Assembly: GCF_006345805.1 (NCBI RefSeq)
Contig: NC_043001.1
Location: forward strand, 38,812,001 to 38,876,000
Length of the DNA: 64,000 nt
Direction: 5' to 3'
DNA from: Octopus sinensis
Taxonomy: Eukaryota
Part shown: positions 1-12,513 of the stretch, one piece after another
Layout of the letters: every line of letters begins with the position of its first letter
Position numbering within the stretch: position 1 is the first letter of the stretch
Position numbers and translations under genes: made by a program
Notes under the pieces: generated by a model
Seen by the model: the letters and a program-made list of their open reading frames with translations, nothing else
The model's database searches: none
Told to the model about the DNA's origin: nothing

Positions 1-1500
1 CTTGGCATTTGTTGATCTAGAGAAAGCCTTTGATAAAGTACTCTATTGTGTGATATGGTGTGCTCTGAGGAGACTGGGGATAGACAAGTGGCTGGATAAA
101 GTTGTACAGACTATGTACAGAAACGCTGTCAATAAGGTGAGAGTTAACCATGAGTGCAGCAAAAAATTCATCAAGGCTCAGTCCTTAGTCTCCACCTTTC
201 CATTATTGTCCTCCAACAGAGAAATTCAAGACCAGCAGCCCTAAGTTATCTTAAGAAATGTTCACATGCTTCAGAACAGCTGCAGCAACATCGACAATAA
301 CAACAGTAATGCCGGTGGCATGTAAGAGAACCATCCGAAAGTGGCCATTGCCAGCGCCACCCCGACTACTATATACTGATGATCTTACCCACATAGCAGA
401 CTCCACATTAGAGCTAGAAGAGAAATTCCACTTGTGGAAGCAAAATCTGGAATCAAAGAGCCTTAAGATTAACTTAGTGAAGACTAAAGTCTCAGTAAGC
501 AAGAAAACAGACAGGACCCTCCCTGCTTCAAATAGGTGGCCCTGTTTGATTTCTGAGAAAAGTGTAGGTAGGAACTCCATACGGTGTACCCAGTATAAGC
601 TATGGACACACAAGAGGTGCAGTGGATTAATAGGAAGTTTATCAGAGAAGGTAATATTCATACACTGAAAATGCACAAGATCCATAAAAACTATAGAGAC
701 TTAGGAAATTGATTCTCTCAAAAGCCCTGGTGGCTCATTAGAGATAGTAGGACCAAGTTAGGAGTGGAGGAGGATGCACAGAGAGTGTGATAGCTAGAAT
801 AAGAATAGGGTGGAGGAAATTCAGAGAGCTGTTACGTTTGTTAGCTATGAAAGGCTTTCCTCTTCAAATGAAAAGAAGATTGTAAGACGCATATATACAG
901 ACATCCTACATGCTAGTGAGATGTAGGCCCTGAATGCAGAGGACATGCAAAGGTTAGAGAGGAATGAGAATGGAATGCTCTGTTGGATGTGTAATGCAAG
1001 CATACATGTTCGACAGAGTGCTAGTGTACTGAGACAGAAGTTAAGCATAAGAGGAATTAGATGCTCTGTGCAAGGAAGAAGACTACATTGGTTTGGTCAT
1101 GTGATGAAGATGGATGCTGACACTCCATAAAAAAGTGCCAATCTCCCTAAGTAGACAGAACACATCGGAATGGGACACTCAGGAAGACATGGGTACTAAA
1201 GACGACCTCAGGATGCTAAACCTTTCGGGTAAGATGACAAAGGACTGAAATGCTTGGTACCTTGGTGTACTGAAGAAGACCCATGCTCCACAATAGAATT
1301 GTTAATACTGGTCCCTCTGGTGAAGAGAATTGGCCTGCAAGAGTCCTGTGCCAGTGCCATGTAAAATCACCCAGGACACTCTGTGGTTGGCACTAGAAAG
1401 GACATCCAGCCATAGAAACCATGACATATTAGACTAGAGCCTGGTACAGCTCTTCAGCTTGCCAGCTCTGGTCAAACTGTCCAACCCATACCAGCATGAG
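1..1500 (+). mobile_element. Degenerate RTE-clade LINE (RT and 3' end), family A
   Basis: ORF pieces AFVDLEKAFD, LYTDDL, RRLHWFGHV broken by stops and frameshifts; family 3' tail at about 1340-1500; a short inverted 3'UTR piece at about 275-365. Confidence 0.85.
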
Positions 1501-1759
1501 TCTTCTTAAAGTGAACTTAGTAGAGACTCAGTATCTGAACTGAGAGCTGTAAGACAGATACAGGAATAAAGTCTATGAAGACAAGGAAAGCCCCTGGTTA
1601 ATCAGGAATTACCACAATCATCTTCATCATTATCACCGTTTAATGTCCATTTACCATGCTGGAATGAGTCAGATGTGTCTTTTACATGGCACTAGCACCA
1701 GTGAGGTCACCAAGTAACTTGCAAGTCAAAAATCCTTCAACTGAGAGCGTGAGTGGGTT

Positions 1760-3120
1760 ATGACATAGTCACTAGTATGGTTAATCAGGTTGTCCACAAA
1801 AGTATCACGCCCAACAACTGCTACAAATGTAAAGGAAAGGGCTTAGACAGAAGTAATTAGAGGCATGATATTCCTGGAGCAGGTCATGAAAGTAACAGAA
1901 AACAGTTATAACCTCAACTAATTAGGAAGAGAGTTAACAAAGATGAGATACAGCTCGTTTTTGTGTCAGGGCAACCAGTACTGATGCTATCTTCTAAGTA
2001 AAATAACTGCAGATGAAGTATTTTAGTCAAATATAAACCACTATATTTAGGATATGTTAACATGGAAAGAACTTTTGACAGGGTCCCTCGCTCTCTCACT
2101 GGGTGGTCAGTATGGAATTCAGCAATGAATATAGCAATAAATTTAGTGGGCAAGTAAGAGTTCACCAGGGGTTGATTCTCAGTCCCCACTTCTTCATCAT
2201 AGTCCTTCAAGCAATAACAGAGGAGTTTAAGACTGGTTGAATGTGGTTCTTATGGCTGGATTTACAGTAGCATTAGAAAAGTAATATCAGGTGTGGAAGC
2301 AATGCTTGGAATCATAAAGCCTTAAAGTTAACTAAGCATATCCCAAAGACTTGGTATGCAGGAAAGCAAATAAGTTACTAATCTCTTCAGGGAAATAGAC
2401 GTGTTTGATATGCAGAAAAAGTGTAGATAGAAATTCCATACATTGTAGCCAATGCAAGCTATAGACATAAAAGGTGCAGTGAAATCACAGAAAAGTTCCA
2501 AGAGAAAGTACTCATTGTGTTTGGCAGATGTGCAGATACAATAAATACTAAGAACACACAGGAAATAGATTTTCTCAAATGCTCAGGAGGACACTTAGTG
2601 GTAGTAGATAATTTTTGTGACCTAGGTGACCTAATTAGTAATGAAAATGGATACCCTGAAAACATAGTAGCTAGAATAATAACTGAGAAAAGCTCAGAAG
2701 GCTATTCTCTCGATTGTTAACAAGGGCCTCTTCCTCAGAGTGAAAGGCAGATTGCACAAATGGCTATACAACACAGTAGTGAAAAAAGGGCTGTGAATGC
2801 AGAGGACATTTGAAGGTTCAAAGGAATGAAGTAAACACGCGCTGATGGATGTGCAATGTTGGTATAAATAAACAACAAAGCAGAAATGTGATGAGAGAAA
2901 AATTCAGTATAAGAGGTATCAGGTGTAGTGTGCAAGAGAGGAGACTGCTCTGGCATGGCTACACAAATGCAAATGTGTAAGGACAGCAGCATAAAGAAGT
3001 ATCAATTGCTACATGTAGATAGAACATGTGAAAGAGGAAGGCTTAGGAAGAGGTGGAATGAACTGGTAAAAAGTGACTTTCAGAAGTTGAGCCTCACAGA
3101 AGAGATGGCTGGCTATTTGC
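1760..3120 (+). mobile_element. Highly degenerate RTE LINE copy, family A
   Basis: Collinear with other copies: VVDNFCDLGD, RGRLRKRWNELVKSD; many stops. Confidence 0.75.
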
Positions 3121-3914
3121 AATCTTCCTAACACACACTCTCTTCACCCATGTTCACCTCTCACTGCATTCTCTTCCTCTTTATCTCCCACTTACCTTTT
3201 GCACTCTCATGAACTTATATGCACACAATCTATCCCTGATGAATACCTCTCTTCTCCACAACACATCTTAACACTCCCTCTCTCCACCTGTATTCACTCT
3301 TCTTTTGCACTCTCATGAACTTAACTGCCTACTCATCTTCTCCAGTCTACTTACCACCTACTTATAACCTGATGGTACTCCAACACATCGTCACCACCTT
3401 TGCTTCTCTCTTTCATATTTCACCTGAAGTAGCGATGTATCTCCTCTACAGCAAGACACTTATTTCTGTCCCACTCTTCATACTCTAACCTTTCATCATC
3501 TGGCACAAAGCCACCTCCCTCAATATTACTCCCCACTCATTTAAGGAATTATGTCCCGCAAGTTATTTGGTGACCTCACTGCTGTTGTGACCACATAAGA
3601 GGCACCTGGTACAGTAAAGTGATTGACATTAGGAGGAACATCCAGCCATAGAACCATATTGATACATACAGTAGGGCTTGCAGTCTTCTGGCTTGCAAGC
3701 TCTTATTAAACCATCCAGACCATACCAGCATGGAAAATAGACATTAAATAATATTGATGATGATGAGGATGTATACATATACACATCTATGTATCTGAGT
3801 TGTGTCATCTTTGTATTTCTTTCTCACCACTTTACAACCAACTTAGATTTATTTGTAACCTGATGGGACTCCAACACATATTCACTACCTTCTCTTCTCT
3901 CTCTTCTATTACAT

Positions 3915-4160
3915 GTGGGCATCTAGCATAGTGGTTAAGAGCACAGACTACTATCCCCATGATTCCGAGTTCAATTACAGGTAGTGCCTTGAATAAATAA
4001 TAATAATAACAATAACATCAACAAAACTACCTTAGGAATGAGAGCCCAGGGTTTCATTCAAAATTCCACAAGGACACCTGATGAGGGCTGGGGAGTAAAT
4101 CAGCGGAAACGTAGTAACAATAAACAAGATGAGAATACATATCTGTACAATGTAAATGAT
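3915..4160 (+). mobile_element. tRNA-derived SINE-like element with a hammerhead motif
   Basis: A-box-like TAGCATAGTGG and B-box-like GAGTTCAATT, then (AAT/AAC)n, then CTGATGA-GGGCTG..CAGCG-GAAACGTA at 4078-4113. Confidence 0.6.
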
Positions 4161-4206
4161 GTAGAGAATAAAATCACACAATAAATAGAAAAAAATAATT
4201 ACTTAC

Positions 4207-4515
4207 CAAATACTGTAATATTGAACATGCTTCCATGGAGACCAGAACTGCAAATAATGCTCATGTTGTCTTCATCTAAACTAATGCTGGTTATACTCAA
4301 TGTGCAGATTTTCTCTTGGCAACTAGTTTCTTGACGGCTACCAAAATATTTAGGATGTTTATTTTGGTCGACTGTTCCACCGTATTTAGCAATAATTGTT
4401 CCATTTCTAGTATACCAATATCTTGTATCACCACCAACTTTGCATTTCAATGTGAATTTTTTATCCTTTATGGCATTTGGTGTTTCAAAACTTGGGTAAA
4501 GATTCCCACTGTCAT
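4207..4515 (-). CDS. Exon encoding one immunoglobulin-superfamily domain
   Basis: Acceptor ttgtcttttag and donor G|gtaagt; 309 nt, phase 1-1, open frame; FTLKC..YW..CTLSI..DEDNMSIIC..FNITVF Ig pattern; sequons NGT, NMS, NIT. Confidence 0.85.
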
Positions 4516-4794
4516 CTAAAAGACAAATTATTACAAAATAAATCAAACATTATTCACCAAATGACAGAACATTTTTAATATAACAAAACAAGGCTATTTG
4601 ACTGTAGTCCAGGTGTAGAAAGAAAAAAACAATAATATGGTACAAATATAACATGTAAAGAAAATATATCTTTTATTCTGCAGAAAACAAAACAAAATCA
4701 GCTAAAACACATTGGAAGATATTTAATGGTGTAACGGGTTAAGAAGAAAGGTTGTAAACAAGTATCACAGTAAAATAGCAAGTGACAACACAAT

Positions 4795-5190
4795 CCTCCT
4801 CATCTTCATCGTCATCATCATCATCATTATCAACATCATACTCCTCCTCCTCATTGTTTAACGTCTGTTTTCCATGCTGGCATGAGTTGGATAGTCTGAC
4901 TGAGGACTGGCAAGCCAGTAGGCTGCGCCAGGCACCAATCTGATCTAGCAAGGTTTCTTCATCTGGATGCCCTTCCTAACGCTAACCACTCCAAGAGTGT
5001 ATTGAGTGCTTTTTAAGTGCCACCAGCATGGGAGTCAGTCAGATAGCACTGGCATCGATCGCGATTCGGATGGTGCTTGTTACGTACCACCGGCATGGGA
5101 GGCAGTTGGGGGCACTGGCTTCAAGCATGTTTGGATGGTGCTTTTTACATACCATTGGCACGGGAGTCTGTTAGGGGGCATTTCTGGTTA
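4795..5190 (-). mobile_element. RTE family A 3' tail only (SINE-like or 5'-truncated)
   Basis: (CAT)n, gtttaacgtc..ttccatgctggcatg, ggatgcccttcctaacgc and UTR subrepeats, matching the tails of longer copies. Confidence 0.75.
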
Positions 5191-5456
5191 ATGCTTTTCA
5201 TGATAACTTAATACATAGAGGTTTAGTAGTGTATTTATAAAAGGAAAATATCTCTCGCAAGAACATAATGTTCCTTTCCAGTAGAATAATATTGAGTAGT
5301 TACATAATTAATAATCAGCCTGTCAGATCTTACATGTGTTTTTGCAGCTATGCTAAAGAACAATAATAAACCTGAAGTGAAGAATAAGAATAGTGTATGA
5401 GTTTATTTGGCAAAAAAAAAAGAAAGAAAATAAAAACCATCTTGAAATATAATAAT

Positions 5457-5855
5457 AGGTGCAGGAGTGGCTGTGTGGTAAGTAGCTTGCTCACTAACCA
5501 CATAGTCCTGGGTTCAGTCTCACTGAGTGGCACCTTGGGCAAGTGTCTTCTACTATAGCCTCGGGCGAACCAAAGCCTTGTGAGTGGAAACTGGAAGAAG
5601 CCCATCATATATGTGTATATATATATATGTGTGTGTGTGTGTGTATATGTTTGTGTGTCTGTGTTTGTCCCCCAACATCGCTTCACAACCGATGCTGGTG
5701 TGTTTACATCCCTGTAACTTAGCAGTTCAACAAAAGACACTGATATAAGTACTAGGCTTGCAAAGAATAAGCTCTAGGGTATATTTTCTCGACTAAAGAA
5801 GGTGCTCCAGCATGGCCACAGTCAAATGACTAAAACAAGTAAAAGAGTAAAAGAG
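5457..5855 (+). mobile_element. tRNA-derived SINE
   Basis: GGAGTGGCTGTGTGGTAAG..GGTTCAGTC head and internal (TA)/(TG) repeat; closely similar to 56187-56596. Confidence 0.85.
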
Positions 5856-6035
5856 ATATCTATTTATCTATCTACCAGCCAAAATTGCAAAGATAATCTG
5901 GAAATCGACTGAGGAAAGAGAACTCCGAATGAACTGTCCTGTTTTCTTTGTATTGTCTGTCTGGATGTTTTGTTGTCCCTTTTTTGTATCACATAACTGT
6001 CTGGATCTTTTGCGTTCTTGTCTCCATTTTGTATT

Positions 6036-6086
<51 letters not shown>

Positions 6087-6113
6087 GATATATATATATA
6101 TAGTATATACACA

Positions 6114-6449
6114 CAGTATGTTGGGGTATATAAGACACAGATCAATTTTAGTAGGCCTAATCTACAAGAAAGAAATTACAGCTAACCCAAACTAAATATC
6201 TCACACATTCATACATAGGAATCACAAAAATCTGAACTGACATCTTTTGGTAGGATAAGTTATGATAATTATCTTAACGCTACCAAATATCCCCACTGAC
6301 CTCCACTGCTACCAGTATTGTCCATCATTAATAATATTAACCAAGTCTACCCAAAGCCTGAGTGTCAACATATAAGGACAGGGCAATTTTTGAGGAATTT
6401 TGTTAATTTTAAAAAGCAAAATGTGTGCTTTATATGCTGGAAAATATGG
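6114..6449. mobile_element. Possible Tigger/pogo-like MITE
   Basis: Imperfect terminal inverted repeats (cagtatgttggggtatataagacac / gtgtgctttatatgctggaaaatatgg) between (TA)n tracts. Confidence 0.4.
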
Positions 6450-6799
6450 TATATATATATATATATATATAAATACGTGTGGGACAAGACCAGTTGTCAA
6501 CTGAGTCTATCATAAATATTGCCCCACCACCTTCCTTCATGGAACGGCGGCTATGGTGAAAGAGTGTGTATGGTGGACTTGTTTGAAATTTTAGAGACCT
6601 ACTTTCTCTCTGGCCACCTGTCATCAACTTTTTTAGTATTTCTAAAAGAAGATTTAAGTAGAAGGGAAGTTTTGACTAGTGAAAATTTTAATAAAAGGTG
6701 GGTGAATGTAGCAAAGATGGTACGCATGAATGATGGATCCACTTTGAGCATGAACCTATAAAACTAAAAGGGAAGGATGCTTTGCTCTCGTGTTTATTT

Positions 6800-7142
6800 T
6801 TTCTTTCAATCATTAGATTATGGCCATGCTGGGGCACCACATTGAAGAATTTCAGTTGAATGAACTAATTTCATTATCTATTGCTTTAAGTCTGGTACTT
6901 ATTCTATCAGTCACTTTTGCTTAACTGCTAATTAATGCACCAACATTGGTTGTCAAGTGGAGGCGGTGGACAAACACAGACACAAAGACATATATATGTG
7001 ATGGCTTTTCTTTCTTTCTGTCTACCAGATCCACTCACAATGTTTTGGTTGATGAAACCATACTAGAAGACATTTGCCCAATGTGACACACAGTGGGACT
7101 GAACCTGGAACCATGTGGCTGGGAAGCAAATTCTTACCACCA
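6800..7142 (-). mobile_element. tRNA-derived SINE (same family as 5457)
   Basis: Reverse-complement head cagtgggactgaacctggaaccatgtggctgggaagc. Confidence 0.7.
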
Positions 7143-7289
7143 GGGCATCCAGCTGTAAAAACCATACCAAATCAGACTGGAGTCTGGTGCGTGCCTCGAG
7201 CTTACCAGCCCTGGTCAAACTATCAACCATGCCCATGCAACATGGTCAGTGGATGTTAAATGAAGATGATATATTATAATATATATTAT

Positions 7290-9690
7290 AACATCATTTA
7301 ACATCCATTGTCCATGCAGCATGGCTGGACATTTGACTGGGCTGCATGCTGGAAGGCTGCACCAGACTCCAGTCTCATTGGCATGGTTTTCTATGACTAT
7401 ATGCCCTTCCTAACACCAACCACTCCAAGAGGTAAGGGGTGCTTTTAGTGTGCCACTGACATGGGTACCAGTTTGCGTAACAACGGTATCTTCCACAACT
7501 ATGATTTTGTTTGGCTTGATGGATCTTCTCAAGCACAATATAATGCCAAAGGTCTTGGTTATCGTCTCCATGAGGCCCAACACTTGAAAGAAACTCAGCC
7601 AACTTGCCTCTGTGAGGCCCAATACTTGAACAGAATTCAGCCACTTTGCCTCTGTCGGGCCCAATGTTTGAAAAGACCTCAGCCAACTTGCCTCTGTGAG
7701 GTCCAATGCTTGAGAGGAACTCAGCCACTTTGCCTTTGTTAGGCCCAATGCTCGAAAGGAACTCAGCCACTTTGCCTCTGTCAGGCCTAATATTCAAAAG
7801 ATGTTCTTTATGTGCCACCAACACAGGTGCACTTAGCTTGATGGGTTCTCTCAAGCATAGTACATCACCAAAGGTCTTGGTCACCAGTCACTGTCTCTGC
7901 AAGGCTCAAAGTTTGAAGATCATGCTTCACCACCTCACTCCATGTCTTCCTGAGTCTACCTCTACCACAGGTTCCCTCCACAGTTAAAGATTGGCACTTC
8001 TTTACACTGCTGTCCTCATCCATACGCATCATATGACCATACCAGCACAGTCGTCTCTCTTGCACACCTCATTCCTCTTTTGCTTAACTTTTCTCTCAAG
8101 ATGTTTACACTCTGTCAAACATGCACACTGACATTGCACATCCACGAAATATACTGGCTTCATTTCTTTCAAGCCTACACATATCCTCAGCTGTCAAAGC
8201 TCATGTTTCACTGTCATGCAACAAATCTGTTCACACACAGCATCAAAAAAACCCATTAAAAACCATCAAACTCTGCTTCACTCTGAGAGAAAGGCCTCAT
8301 TGCCAGCAAAGGGTAGAAGCTCTCTGAACTTTGCCTAACACAAATCTTTTCACAGCCTACCCTTGGAAACCAAACCATCCACTACTAACTTGTCACCTAG
8401 TATATGGAAGCTATCTACTACCCCTCAACATGCCCATCGGGCAGTTGATGGAGTTTCTAACTACACTTTTCTACAGGTTGAGCAGGATCATCTAACTGAA
8501 GGGATTTGTGATTTCTCTGCCTTCCTACTACATGTGACTTTGGTTTTCACTAGGTTAACTCTAAGGCCCTTTGAATCTAGATTTTGCTTCCATACCTAGA
8601 ACTTCATCTTTAGTTCAAGTAGTGATTCAGCTATAAGAGAAAAGTCATCAGCATAGAGGAGCTCCCAGGGGCAACCTGTCTCAAATTCCTCTGTTATTGT
8701 CTGGAGGACTATGATGAATAATAGGGGGCTGAGCACTGATCCTTGGTGAACCTTTACTTGTACCCTGAATTATTTGCCTGCCTTCACTTTACTGGTAGTG
8801 TCCCTGTACAAGGCTTGTATGGCTCTCACCAACCACTCGTCTATCCCTAGTTTCCACATTGACCACCAGATAAGGGATTGGAGGACTCTGTTAAAGTTTT
8901 CTCCAGGTCAACAAAAGCCAATTACAGAAGTTTATCTTTGGCTAGGTATTTCTCCCTGCAGTTGCCTTACCAGAAATATAGCATCAGTGGTGCTTCTACA
9001 TGGCACAAACCCAAACTGTATCTCAACTAAATCTCTCTCTAATTAATTGGGCTACGACTCTCTGTAACTTTCATCACCTGATCCAACAATTTAATACCTC
9101 TGAAATTATTTCTATCTAAGGCATCACCTTTACCTTTGTAGCAGTTGATTATGGTGCAGCCACACCAGTTATTAGGTAGGACTTCTTCATGAACTACCTG
9201 ATTTACAAAACGGGTGACTTGACAATAACCAACACTGACAGATATTTTAAGCATCTCAGCAGTGATTCCTGATGGGTCAGAGGTTTTCCCTGTCTTCATA
9301 GCCTTAATTGCTTTGTCTTCTAAGGTACTGTCGATTCAGGTAGCTGGTCTCTCAGTTGGGTTGACATTTGGTAGACTCTCCTCGTGCCATTCATTTTCAA
9401 CATTCAGCAGTCTTTCATAATAGCATCTCCAAGCCACTTTATTTGCAGACTCATTAAAAATAAGTGCTCATCATCCATGCAGACACAGTTCTCCCCTATG
9501 ACATCAGAACTTTCTCTCACACACTGTCTTACAATCCAAAATACTTCAGTTCTTTGGTCCTCATGACACTGAACATAGGCAAACTTTTTCTTTTCTTCTT
9601 CCCTCTTGGCTAGATATACCTGTCTCCTAGCTTCCCTTCTGGCTATAAGATACAGTTCCCTGCTGCCCCCACACTTCCAGGATTTCCGGT
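7290..9690 (-). mobile_element. RTE LINE copy, family A, degenerate with internal deletion
   Basis: MKTGKTSDPSGITAEMLK, NNFRGIKLL, ELLYADD, QERRLCWYGH; tail at the 7290 end. Confidence 0.9.
7572..7790. repeat. 42-bp tandem repeat, about 5 copies
   Basis: Unit gaggcccaa..ttgaaa..actcagcca(a/c)ttgcctctgt; units start at 7572, 7614 and so on. Confidence 0.9.
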
Positions 9691-9749
9691 ATGAGAGAAG
9701 GGATTTCCGGTATAGGTGGTGGGGGCAGGAAAGGGTGGGTGCATCACAA

Positions 9750-10562
9750 ACAAGAAATGGAAGAAACGGCTAGCTTTTCCACAAGAAAATTGAAACACTG
9801 AAGCAAAGAATGATAGAGACACATGAGAATTATGGTAAGCATTTAAAGAGATATGATTTTAGAAGTTATTAGAGAGAGTAACAAATTACAGGTTAGATTT
9901 GCCACAAGAAAATCGAAATAACAGTGAAACTGAGAATGATAGCAACACATGAGAACTATGACAAGTATTTAAAGGGATACGATTCTAGATTCTAGAAATT
10001 ATTAGAAAAAGTAGCAAATTACAGATCACAAAGTTATTTTAACTGAAGAATGTTAACATGTTAGTAGTAAATGTTAAATGAATAAAAAGAATGATGAATG
10101 ATTAAAAAACTAGAGACGTTTCTTAATTTAGTGGCTGGACATTTTGCGTCATGATATGATGGTACCAAATAGGAGAGCAAGTTGAGGTTTGAAAGATACC
10201 ATGTGCGAAAGGGTTCTTTGTATAATCTACAGCTGGAAGTAGTCAAATAAGAGGCGGGTTTTGCCACAAGAAAATCAAAATAGCAGCAAAGGACAATAAG
10301 GAAATGGAAGAGATGGCTAGCTTCACCTCAAGAAAATCGAAACGGAAGCAAAGAGTGATAGAAACAAGAGAATTATGACAAGTATCTAAAGGGATACAAT
10401 TCTAGAAGTTATTAGAGAAAGTAATGAATTACAGGTTAGCATCACCACAAAAAAATTGAAATAGCAGCAAAGCAAAGAATAGAATCACAAGACAACTTAT
10501 GTCAAGTATTTAAAGGAATATGATTTTAGATTCTAGAAATTATTAGAGAAAGTAATGAATTA
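9750..10562. repeat. About 120-125 bp minisatellite, two dimers
   Basis: Recurring cacaagaaaatcgaaa..gaatgatag..atgacaagtatttaaagggata..ttattagagaaagta..ttacag near 9780, 9900, 10325 and 10445. Confidence 0.8.
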
Positions 10563-11791
10563 CAAGTGGGCTGAAAAGTTCATAGGCTGACTATGAAGGA
10601 GTGATGCTAGAGCCATGAAATCCTGCATGCATTAATTCCAACACTTCTTATTCATAACTGTGTTCTTTCTTGCTAGACTGACATATCAATGTTCAAAGAA
10701 GACTTCAAAAGTAACTAGTAGTGACTTCTCTTGAAAATAGATAAAATTTAGCACCCTAATGTTATCAAGTATCTGCAGAAAAATGTTTTATACCCCTCAC
10801 CACCAAGGACATTCATGCCAACATGGTTCCTACATTAGGGTGACGCTCCACCTTTATCAATAGTGCAAAAGTGGGCATCTGAATTTAGAATGGGAACTGA
10901 GAATAAATGAAGATGACCCAAGGTCTGGACATCCTGAAACTGCCACCATTGAAGAAAAACATTGATCATGTTCACCACATGGTGAGGGATACAGACAATG
11001 ATAAATAGCCAATGATGTTAGCATATCCTGTGAGAGAGTTGAAAATATTCTGTACAATGAATTTAGCATGATGAAGGTTTGTTCTTTGTGAATGTTTTGT
11101 CTTCTGACACCTGATCAAAAGCAAATCAGGCTGATCACATCATGGGAAAATCTGACATTGTTTGATGGATCTAGCTCAGTTCCTTGCACATTTCCAAACC
11201 CACGATGAGTGTTGGGCTCATCACTTTGAGTGAGAGACAGAGACAAAATATACAGTGGAAACACTCCTTCTCACCTGCACCAGAGAAGACTATGGTTGTT
11301 TCATTTTCAGGGAAGGTGATGGACATTGTGTTTATTGACTATCTTCAAAAGGGTTACACCATCAATGGAGAGTAATATGCAAACTTGCTGAGGCAGTTGC
11401 GAAAGCCATTCAGAAAACTGACAAAATGGGGTTTGTTTTGTCAGGACAATGCTCCAATACACATGTCCTTGGTTTCAATGGCTGCTCTGTGTGATTGTAA
11501 CTATGAACTGATTGATACTGATTGATCAATTTCCCCATTCTTCTGATTTGGACTCTTCTGCCTATAATCTGTTCCCCAACATGAAAAACTACTTGGTTAG
11601 GAATCAGTATTGCAGTGATAATGATGTGATATCTACTGTTGGCAACATTTTTGACCAACAGGATGAAATCTTCTTCACCAATGGAAGAAATGTGTACACT
11701 GTAAAGGAGACTATGTTGAAAAATAAAAGTCGTTTGGTCACATTCCATAAGAGTATCTTGGTCAGCCTATGAACTTTTCAACCAACCCTTG
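10563..11791 (+). mobile_element. Mariner transposon, full length, transposase pseudogenised
   Basis: TIRs (ctgaaaagttcataggctgac / gtcagcctatgaacttttca), TA at both flanks; remnants IDYLQKGYTINGE, QDNA, PHSSDL. Confidence 0.9.
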
Positions 11792-12045
11792 TATATAGCA
11801 GAAGCAGCATTTAATATCCACTTTTACACGCTTGCATACATAGATTAGATGGAATTTGTTGAGGCATATTTTCTATGGTAGGATGCCCTTCATGTTACCA
11901 TGTCAACAACTTCGGCTGTTTCCAAGCAAGGTATATTTTCCCATAGCTAGATATATTTTCATAGAAGACTAAAGACAAAAAAACCTTCCTTGTATGATGA
12001 TAATGCATTTAACAACCATCATCTAAGGTCTACACAAGGGTACAT

Positions 12046-12049
<4 letters not shown>

Positions 12050-12092
<43 letters not shown>

Positions 12093-12242
12093 CTTCTTTC
12101 AGATTCCATCTACAAAATCCACTAACAAGGCTTTGGTGAAAAAGGTTATAAAAGAAGTCACTTTCTCAAGGTACCATATGAGGGCGCTAAACTCTAAAAC
12201 ATATGACTGGGAAGCATGCTTCTCAGCTGTGCAACCACACCT
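12050..12242 (-). mobile_element. Partial tRNA-derived SINE
   Basis: caaaatccactaacaaggctttgg..gcaaccacacctg matches the reverse complement of the 5457 family. Confidence 0.6.
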
Positions 12243-12247
12243 GTACA

Positions 12248-12434
12248 TGAAGGGGTGCTGAAAAGTTCTTGGCTTTAAGAGTATCACAGCCTTCTGAGTT
12301 TTTTTTACAGAGCTTAGAAAAATTGAAGGACCACTGCAATAAGTGTGTGAATCTGGGAGAGGAATATATTGAATGAAATTATAATTAACTAATCCTTTTC
12401 TACTCAAATCCAGAAACTTTTCAGCACCCTTTCA
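12248..12434. mobile_element. Mariner-derived MITE
   Basis: TIRs tgaaggggtgctgaaaagtt / aacttttcagcaccctttca. Confidence 0.75.
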
Positions 12435-12513
12435 TATGTGTATGTATATATATATATATATATATATATGTATTTGTGTGTGTGTGTGTGTGTGTGTGTG
12501 TATACATGTATAT

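Noticed and set aside
3915-3990. Functional tRNA gene
   Set aside because: No clean cloverleaf or acceptor stem; continues into a repeat body, so treated as a SINE head
5905-5945. Hammerhead (CTGAGGA..GAG/CTC..CGAAT)
   Set aside because: No GAAA and no convincing stems
7572-7790. CRISPR-like array
   Set aside because: Contiguous diverged units without unique spacers, eukaryotic context, no cas genes
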